Origin: Myxococcota bacterium
GTDB taxonomy: Bacteria; Myxococcota_A; UBA9160; UBA4427
Direction: 5' to 3'
Assembly: GCA_965250285.1 (NCBI GenBank)
Contig: OZ252299.1
Location: 5,280,001-5,344,000, forward strand
Length of the DNA: 64,000 nucleotides
Shown: positions 57,627-64,000 of the stretch, one piece after another
Position numbering within the stretch: the stretch's first letter is position 1
Layout of the letters: every line of letters begins with the position of its first letter
Program-made: the position numbers and the translations under genes
The notes under the pieces: model-generated
Told to the model about the DNA's origin: nothing
Database searches by the model: none
What the model saw: only the letters and a program-made list of their open reading frames with translations

Positions 57627-58613
57627 CTACTCGGCGACCGGGTACGGCCCGTCGCTGAAGACCTCGTCGTGATAGCCCTTCGAGCCGACCCGCTGCGCGA
57701 GGTCGCTCCAGATGGGGTCGCCGCGCTCGAGCCGATCGAGCATTGCCGAGAAGTCGACCTGGGGCCGCCAGCCGAGCTCGCGCCTCGCCTTCTCGTTCAC
57801 GTAGACACGCTCGAGGCCCGGGAACATTCGCCAGCCCCGCGCGCGGTAGAGCGCGTCGAAGCGCGGCTCGCGTTCACGCACCACGTCGTGGGCGTGCGAC
57901 CGGAGCCGCGCTGTGTCGCTCTGGGCGAAGGGTGTCGTTGCGCTGATGATGTAGCGGCCAAAGCCGATGGCGCCGGCGTGCTCGATGGCTGCCCGGTGCG
58001 CGTCGACCGCATCGGCGAGATCGACCCGCCGATACAGGTACTCGTTGACCTTCACGTTCTCGTCGTCGTAGGCGTCGCGTACCTCGCGGCGATCGTCGGC
58101 CTCCATGAAGAAGCGCGACGTGCGCAGGATCAAGCAGGGGAGGCCCTCGGTCCGGTGGAACAGCTCGCACAGGTTCTCGGCCGAGAGCTTCGTCACGCCG
58201 TAGATGTTCCTCGGCTGGGGCGTGACCGCTTCGGTGATCCACGCCGCCGGCGCGCCTTCGTCGGGGGTGTTCGCCCGGCCGAACGTGCTCGTCGTGCTCG
58301 TGAAGACGAACCGCCCCACGCCGTTCGAGATCGCCTCTTCGAGCAGATTCAGCGTGCCGACCACGTTCGTATCGACGAAGGCCTGACGCGAGTGCGTGGC
58401 GACGTGCGGCTTGTGCAGCGTGGCTGTGTGGACCACCGCCTCGGCGCCGGCGAGCGCGTCCTTCAGGGCGGCGCGATCCGTCACGGAGGCGACGAGATCG
58501 GTCTGCTCGCCGGGGCGGACGTCGATGCCGATCACCTCGTCGCCGCGGCCTCGCAGCGTCGACGCGAGCCCCACGCCCAGGTGTCCGGAGCTGCCGGTGA
58601 CGACGACCTTCAT
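57627..58613 (-). CDS. NAD-dependent epimerase/dehydratase
   Basis: VTGSSGHLG, HTATLHKPH, YGVTK. Confidence 0.9.
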   Translation of the reverse strand: MKVVVTGSSGHLGVGLASTLRGRGDEVIGIDVRPGEQTDLVASVTDRAALKDALAGAEAVVHTATLHKPHVATHSRQAFVDTNVVGTLNLLEEAISNGVGRFVFTSTTSTFGRANTPDEGAPAAWITEAVTPQPRNIYGVTKLSAENLCELFHRTEGLPCLILRTSRFFMEADDRREVRDAYDDENVKVNEYLYRRVDLADAVDAHRAAIEHAGAIGFGRYIISATTPFAQSDTARLRSHAHDVVREREPRFDALYRARGWRMFPGLERVYVNEKARRELGWRPQVDFSAMLDRLERGDPIWSDLAQRVGSKGYHDEVFSDGPYPVAE

Positions 58614-58987
58614 AGTGGAGACTCCGATGCGGCGGAGCGGTGCGGGGCGATGGCGAGAGTCTAAGGTGTCCGAGATGCGCTTGGCCCCTCGGGTGGAGCG
58701 GGCTGCGGTGGGTGCAATCGCTCGATCGAAACGGGCACGCTGTGGGCGACTCAACCGATCCAACGCCCGTGCGACTGAGTCACTTCGAAACATCCGGGTC
58801 GTTCGCGTCGAGGCGACTGACGTGTGCACGCAGTGCCGGCGCCTTCACGTCGACTTCTCCCCCGGGTGCGCTATGGTGCGCGCCCCGCTTCGGGCGAGGG
58901 CGCTGCCCCGCCCGCCTCTTGGGCCCGGCCCGGGCCCGGGGTGCGGCTCCCAGCGAGCCGGGGGCGACGAAGGCGAAGAAGACATGG

Positions 58988-59064
58988 GCGCCCGTAGCTC
59001 AGCTGGATAGAGCATCGGCTTGCGGAGCCGGGGGTCGCACGTTCGAATCGTGCCGGGCGCGCCA
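58988..59064 (+). tRNA. tRNA-Arg (anticodon GCG)
   Basis: Acceptor GCGCCCG/CGGGCGC followed by GCCA; D-arm GCTC-AGCTGGATA-GAGC (A20); anticodon arm TCGGC-TTGCGGA-GCCGG; T-arm GCACG-TTCGAAT-CGTGC. Confidence 0.96.
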
Positions 59065-59213
59065 TCTTCTTCTTTCTCTCTCGAATTCTTCTGTCTCGGT
59101 CCCTTCGAACCATTCCTGGGGACGGATGGTCGGCGCCCTCGTGGGCGCGCCGCGCCGCCGGGCGTTGCCTCTCGCGTGCGCGCGCGCTTCCCTCGGACCG
59201 GGGAGCGTTCGAG

Positions 59214-59645
59214 ATGCGGCTGCGACGCGGGGGTGTGGTCTCGGTCTGGGTGGTGCTCGGGATGCTCGCGTGCGCGAGCGATCCACCCGGGTTCCCGCCG
59301 CTCGAGGTGAGCCATCACTTTCGAACCACGAAGGCGGCGTTCGAGTTCGACGCGCGCTCGCGGCATGCGCGCTACGTGCTCGCCTACGCGGTGACGGTGC
59401 CGTTCCCCGAGCCGGTGCTGCTCAAGGTCGAGTTTCAGAACCCGATCAACCCCAATCGCCCGTTTCGCGTCGAGCGCGAGCTCGACCCGGGCGAGACCCA
59501 CATCACGGTGCACTCGGGCACGCTCCCCCCACTCAGGCGCAATGGCGTCTACGAGACGGTGCTGACCGCCCACGCCCTGCACAATGACCTCGAGCTGGCG
59601 CGGCACGTGCAGCCGGTTCGGTTCGTACGGGGGACGCGGCTGTGA
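59214..59645 (+). CDS. Hypothetical exported protein/lipoprotein
   Basis: Basic N-terminus, hydrophobic stretch, LAC; coding-like codon usage. Confidence 0.65.
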   Translation: MRLRRGGVVSVWVVLGMLACASDPPGFPPLEVSHHFRTTKAAFEFDARSRHARYVLAYAVTVPFPEPVLLKVEFQNPINPNRPFRVERELDPGETHITVHSGTLPPLRRNGVYETVLTAHALHNDLELARHVQPVRFVRGTRL

Positions 59646-59695
59646 GCGAGACCGACGCCGCGTGAAGCCCCGCGCTCCGCGCACGCGGGCCGCGT

Positions 59696-60655
59696 CTAGG
59701 CTGGGCCGAGCGTGGCGGGGGCCCTGAACATCCGGCGATAGTCGGTCGGGCTCTTGCCGACGATCTGCGAGAACTGCGCGCGAAACGTCTGGGTCGACCG
59801 AAAGCCGACCAGCGCGGCCACGCGGTCGATGTTGTCGGCGCCGCTTTCGAGCAGGCGTTGCGCCTCGCGAATGCGGGCCTGGCGGACCCACGCCGCGGGC
59901 GTCGTGCCCATCTGTTCGCGGAACTTGCGACTGAGCGATCGCGTGCTCATGCCCGAGTGCTTCGCGATCTCGTCGATCGACAGGTCGCGGTCGAGATGCG
60001 CATGCATCCAATCGAGCACGGCCGCGAGCGACGCGTCGTCGCTCGCGGGCAGCGGGCGCGCAATGAACTGCGCCTGACCCCCGTCGCGTTCGAGCGGCAC
60101 CACGGTGAGACGTGCGATCTGCGCCGCCACCGCGGCGCCGTAATCTCGTCGAACGATGTGCAGGCACAGATCGATGCCGGCCGCGGCCCCAGCCGAAGTC
60201 AGCAGCTGCCCGTTGTCGACGAACAGCACCGCAGGATCGACGTCGATGGCGGGGTACTGCTCGGCGAGCCGATCGGCGGCGAGCCAGTGTGTGGTCGCAC
60301 GAAGCCCCGAGAGCATCCCCGTCGCCGCCAGAACGAAGGCGCCCGTGCAGATCGAGGCGATCTGCACGCCTCGTTCGGCCGCCGCCCGAAGCGCCGCCAC
60401 GACCGAACGCGGGATCGGTCGATCGAGATCGGAGAGGCCCGGCACGATGATCGTGTCGGCGGAGTCGAGCGCTTCGAGCCCGTGATTCAGCTGCAGCTGA
60501 AAGCCGGTCGAGCGAATGCGCTGGCTCGGCCCGCAGACCCGCACCTCGTAGGCGGCCTCGCCGCTCGGCAGGCGCGCGCGAGAGAAGATGTCGAACGGCG
60601 CGCCGAGGTCGAAGGGGACGACGTCGTTGAGGACCAGGAGAGCCACTCGTTTCAT
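59696..60655 (-). CDS. GlxA-family (DJ-1/PfpI + AraC) regulator
   Basis: SICTGAFVLA, RATTHW, TSAGAAAGIDL, RDGGQAQF, C-terminal AraC HTH. Confidence 0.93.
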   Translation of the reverse strand: MKRVALLVLNDVVPFDLGAPFDIFSRARLPSGEAAYEVRVCGPSQRIRSTGFQLQLNHGLEALDSADTIIVPGLSDLDRPIPRSVVAALRAAAERGVQIASICTGAFVLAATGMLSGLRATTHWLAADRLAEQYPAIDVDPAVLFVDNGQLLTSAGAAAGIDLCLHIVRRDYGAAVAAQIARLTVVPLERDGGQAQFIARPLPASDDASLAAVLDWMHAHLDRDLSIDEIAKHSGMSTRSLSRKFREQMGTTPAAWVRQARIREAQRLLESGADNIDRVAALVGFRSTQTFRAQFSQIVGKSPTDYRRMFRAPATLGPA

Positions 60656-60823
60656 TGGCTCGATTCTAGCGACCTTGTCTCATTTTCGTCTCTTTGGGCC
60701 ATTTAATGGGTCTGGATGGCCTTTCGTAGTGAGTCGATTGGCCAGATTCAGATGTGAATTGGCAATCTGGCCACACCGAATTCTCGTACTGTCGCCGCTT
60801 CGCGCCTCGAGGGAGACCTACGA

Positions 60824-61261
60824 ATGGAACTCATCGTGCGGGACGCCCCGCTCATGGCCTACGTCGCGCCGGCGATCCCCGCGCTCGTCTTCATCTGCGT
60901 CATGTCGCTGATCAAGGAGCCGCTCAAGCGCCAGATCAATGTCGTCATCGCGGGTGGCTTCTCGACGCTCTATGTGAACGGCGGCTTCGGTGTCTGGGAG
61001 TTCGTCTACATGGCGCTGGCCACGATTCCGGCGGTGCTCGGTCACCGCTCCTACAAGTTCATCGGCGTCGCGTGGCTGATGCACGCCGCGTGGGATCTCT
61101 TGCACCACTTCTACGGCAACCCGCTGTGGGAGTTCAGCGAGCTGTCGTCGTTGGGCTGCGCGGTGATGGACTCGATCGTGGCCGTCTGGTTCTTCGCCGA
61201 CGCACCGTCTGTCTTCGCCTGGCTTCGCCGCGATGTGGGGGCGGCTCGGGTCCCCTCCTGA
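60824..61261 (+). CDS. Small membrane protein (DUF6010-like)
   Basis: Hydrophobic; GVAWLMHAAWDLLHH and GCAVMD; divergent from the GlxA regulator. Confidence 0.7.
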   Translation: MELIVRDAPLMAYVAPAIPALVFICVMSLIKEPLKRQINVVIAGGFSTLYVNGGFGVWEFVYMALATIPAVLGHRSYKFIGVAWLMHAAWDLLHHFYGNPLWEFSELSSLGCAVMDSIVAVWFFADAPSVFAWLRRDVGAARVPS

Positions 61262-61462
61262 TTCGCAAACCGCGGTCGACTCGTCGTCGGGTTCCCTCCG
61301 CCCCCCTTGACCCCGGTGACGCACGCGAGCGCGTCGCGGTGGGTTGCTTTCACGGCGCTGGCGGTCCGCCGCACGGGTCTGCTCCGTCCCCCACCCCGGC
61401 TAGACTCCCATGACCGAAGACGAGTCGAGACCGCCGGCGCGCGGTCGGGGAGGGCGCACAGG

Positions 61463-61930
61463 ATGCGGATTCTCGAGATCGCGGGCGGCACGGTGCTCGT
61501 GCTGCTGCTCATCGTTGCGCTCGCGGCGCCGCTCGGGCCGGTGCCCGGCTTCTTCATCGGGGGCAACCAGACGGCCGCACCTTCGCAGTGGCCCGACACG
61601 TCGGCGGTCGACGAGATCAAGCTCAAGGTGCCGGGCACGTTGCCGCGGGTCGTCATCATCTGGGTCGTCGACGTGGATGGTGAGCTGCACGTGGTCGGCA
61701 GCCGCGACAGCGGCTGGGTCGAGATGATCGGCAGCGGTTCGCCCGTCGAAATGCGGCTCGGCGACGAGACGTATGCGCTCGAGGCCGTCGAGGTGAACGA
61801 GGGCAAGGCCGAGATCCTGCAGGCCTACGTAGCGAAGTACGAAGACGACTACCCCGACATCATCGCCGGGTTCCCCGAACCCGACGAGGCGATCCGAACC
61901 GCCGCCGTCTACCGACTGAATCGTTCGTAG
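61463..61930 (+). CDS. Hypothetical exported protein (possible split-barrel fold)
   Basis: N-terminal TM; PLGPVPG, PRVVIIWVV, YVAKY. Confidence 0.6.
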   Translation: MRILEIAGGTVLVLLLIVALAAPLGPVPGFFIGGNQTAAPSQWPDTSAVDEIKLKVPGTLPRVVIIWVVDVDGELHVVGSRDSGWVEMIGSGSPVEMRLGDETYALEAVEVNEGKAEILQAYVAKYEDDYPDIIAGFPEPDEAIRTAAVYRLNRS

Positions 61931-61959
61931 CTCAGGCGTTCGGGCGGAGGACGCGCGGG

Positions 61960-62571
61960 ATGAGCCTGGAGCAGCGGCTCGAGAAGCTCCACCAGATCTG
62001 GTTCCCGGGCGATCTCGATTCGCCCGAGGCCGTCGCCGAAGCCAGCGCCATCTGGTTCGGGGGGCCGAGCGCGCTCGACGACCGCTTGCGTGACGAGTTC
62101 GGCGACCTGCCGGATCTCGTGGCGCGGCAGGAGGCCGGCGCCTGGATCGGCGAGCCGGCACGGGCGGTCGCCGCCGTGATCGCGCTCGATCAGATCCCGC
62201 GCAACATCCATCGAGGCTCGCCCAAGGCATTCGCCTATGACGGCCGCGCCGTCGAGGTCGCCTCCGCGTTGTGCGATGCCGGCGTGATCGAGGCTCTGCA
62301 TCCCATCGAGGCGAGCTTCGTGTATCTGCCCTTCGAACATGCTGAAGACCCGAAGCTGCAGCTGCGCTGTGTCGAAGGATTTCGGGCGCTCCGCGAGCGC
62401 GCACCGAGCGGGCTCGAGTCGCAGCTCGACGGCACGTTCGATTACGCTCTGCGCCACCAGACGATCATCGACCGGTTCGGTCGCTTCCCCCATCGCAACG
62501 AGGTGCTGGGCCGAGAAACGACCGAAGCCGAGCGCGCCTATCTCGAAGACGGGGGCGATACGTTCTCGTAG
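61960..62571 (+). CDS. DUF924-family protein
   Basis: LDQIPRNIHRG, YLPFEHAED, RFGRFPHRN..LGR. Confidence 0.9.
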   Translation: MSLEQRLEKLHQIWFPGDLDSPEAVAEASAIWFGGPSALDDRLRDEFGDLPDLVARQEAGAWIGEPARAVAAVIALDQIPRNIHRGSPKAFAYDGRAVEVASALCDAGVIEALHPIEASFVYLPFEHAEDPKLQLRCVEGFRALRERAPSGLESQLDGTFDYALRHQTIIDRFGRFPHRNEVLGRETTEAERAYLEDGGDTFS

Positions 62572-62618
62572 CGCGTTCACTCGAACGGGCGGATGCACGC
62601 GCACAAGCGGAGGTTCCA

Positions 62619-62906
62619 GTGAAGCAGTTCATGATTCTGCATTGCGGATTCGAGCCCCCCTCGCCCGAACAGATGGGCGAGTGGAACGCCTGGTTCGAGT
62701 CGATCGCGGGTCGCCAGGTCGACCGGCGCGGGTTGCGCGGCGGCAACGAGATCACGAGCGACGGCGTGAACGAGCTGCCTTTCGGCCATGACTCGATCAC
62801 CGGTTACACCATCATCGAGGCCGAGAGCCTCGAAGAAGCGACTCATCTGGCCGAAGGCTGCCCGATCGTTCACAGCACGTGCGTCTACGAGCTGATGGGC
62901 GGCTAG
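62619..62906 (+). CDS. YCII-related protein
   Basis: GGAGG RBS and GTG start; WNAWF, TGYTIIEAESLEEA...CP. Confidence 0.78.
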   Translation: MKQFMILHCGFEPPSPEQMGEWNAWFESIAGRQVDRRGLRGGNEITSDGVNELPFGHDSITGYTIIEAESLEEATHLAEGCPIVHSTCVYELMGG

Positions 62907-62985
62907 TCGCCGCGGCAGGTGCAGCGCAGCGCGGTAGGCTCTCGGCTTCGCGTCGAGTCACTCTACGCCACGGAGCGCGTCCCAC

Positions 62986-63837
62986 ATGTCTCATCCCGCA
63001 CTCTCTTCGGGCCGCACGGCGGTCATCACCGGCGCTGCGAGCGGCATCGGCCTCGCCACGGCCGAACGGCTCGCTGTGATGGGCATGAACGTCTGCATTG
63101 CCGACCTCGAGGGCGACGCGCTCGCCGAGGCGGGCCAGCTCCTCGCATCGCGATCGGATCGCGGCGCCGATGCCGTTCTGACGGTGGCGACCGACGTCTC
63201 GCGCTTCGAGTCGGTCGAGGCGCTGCGCGATGCCGCGTTCGACCGCTTCGGTGAGGTGGCGCTGCTGATGAACAATGCGGGCGCGGGAGGCGGCGGCGCG
63301 CCCTGGCAGAACCTGGAGGGCTGGCAGCGGGTGTTCGCGGTCAATCTCTGGGGGGTGGTCCACGGACTGCAGGCCTTCACCCAACAGATGATCGATCAGG
63401 GCACGCCGTGTGCGATCGTGAACACGGGCTCGAAGCAGGGCATCACGAATCCGCCGGGCGATGCGGCCTACAACGCGACGAAGGCGGCGATCAAGAGCCT
63501 GACCGAGAGCCTCGCCCACCAGCTGCGGGGCGTCGAAGACTGTCACGTGACGGCGCACCTGCTCGTCCCGGGCTTCACGTACACGGGCATGATCAAGCGC
63601 TTCGTGAAAGAGAAACCGCCGGCCGCCTGGGGCCCCGAGCAGGTCGCCGATTTTCTGTTGCAGTCACTCGATCGCGGTGACTTCTACGTGTTGTGTCCCG
63701 ACAACGACGTCACGCCCGCCATGGACCATCGACGCATCGAGTGGGCCGCCGGCGACATGATCGAGAACCGGCCCGCGCTCTCGCGCTGGCACGCCGACTA
63801 CGAGGCGGCCTTTGCCGACTTCATGAAGGGCGTCTGA
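62986..63837 (+). CDS. Short-chain dehydrogenase/reductase
   Basis: TGAASGIG, NNAG, NTGSKQGITNPPG, YNATK. Confidence 0.92.
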   Translation: MSHPALSSGRTAVITGAASGIGLATAERLAVMGMNVCIADLEGDALAEAGQLLASRSDRGADAVLTVATDVSRFESVEALRDAAFDRFGEVALLMNNAGAGGGGAPWQNLEGWQRVFAVNLWGVVHGLQAFTQQMIDQGTPCAIVNTGSKQGITNPPGDAAYNATKAAIKSLTESLAHQLRGVEDCHVTAHLLVPGFTYTGMIKRFVKEKPPAAWGPEQVADFLLQSLDRGDFYVLCPDNDVTPAMDHRRIEWAAGDMIENRPALSRWHADYEAAFADFMKGV

Positions 63838-63859
63838 AACGAGCAGTGCTCAGCCAGGC

Positions 63860-64000
63860 TCAGTCGTCGAGGTACCGCTTCGCGTACTCGGCGAAGCGCT
63901 CATCGCTGCCTTCGACGACGCGATCCTCGAGGTGTTGGATTCGGTCGCCGACGAACTCGGCGTGCTCATGGCCGTCGAGGACGAAGTCGGGGCATCCGGG
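63860..64000 (-). CDS. 3' end of a gene entering from the right (possibly NTF2/SnoaL-like)
   Basis: ...PGCPDFVLDGHEHAEFVGDRIQHLEDRVVEGSDERFAEYAKRYLDD*. Confidence 0.55.
   Translation of the reverse strand, partial: PGCPDFVLDGHEHAEFVGDRIQHLEDRVVEGSDERFAEYAKRYLDD

Noticed and set aside
59065..64000. Genomic island integrated at tRNA-Arg
   Set aside because: No integrase, no duplicated tRNA 3' end seen, and composition matches the rest of the window.

Overview
A 64 kb, very GC-rich bacterial chromosome segment with about 55 protein genes and one tRNA. I found no integrase, transposase, prophage or CRISPR array. Gene content suggests a Myxococcota/Deltaproteobacteria-like heterotroph (inference only). 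Many genes concern lipid and steroid metabolism: a CarF/PEDS1 plasmalogen desaturase, an AlkB-like di-iron enzyme, an EchA19-like hydratase, and a TetR-associated cluster around a CYP51-ferredoxin fusion with F420-LLM, ketosteroid-dehydrogenase-like, OYE/BaiCD-like, MaoC and SDR genes. Other notable items: (1) an apparent NhaR regulon in which three promoters share a bipartite LysR-type box and drive a type I exporter with a degenerate ATPase plus two HPF/RaiA-like proteins; (2) a GST-gpmI-CobW(+extra domain)-FAD/SelD gene string; (3) a class I LysRS and a tRNA-Arg with the uncommon GCG anticodon; (4) three copies of a covarying ~133 bp hairpin element in strongly G/T-skewed DNA that extends into neighbouring gene ends. 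All calls come from reading motifs by eye; no database searches were run.
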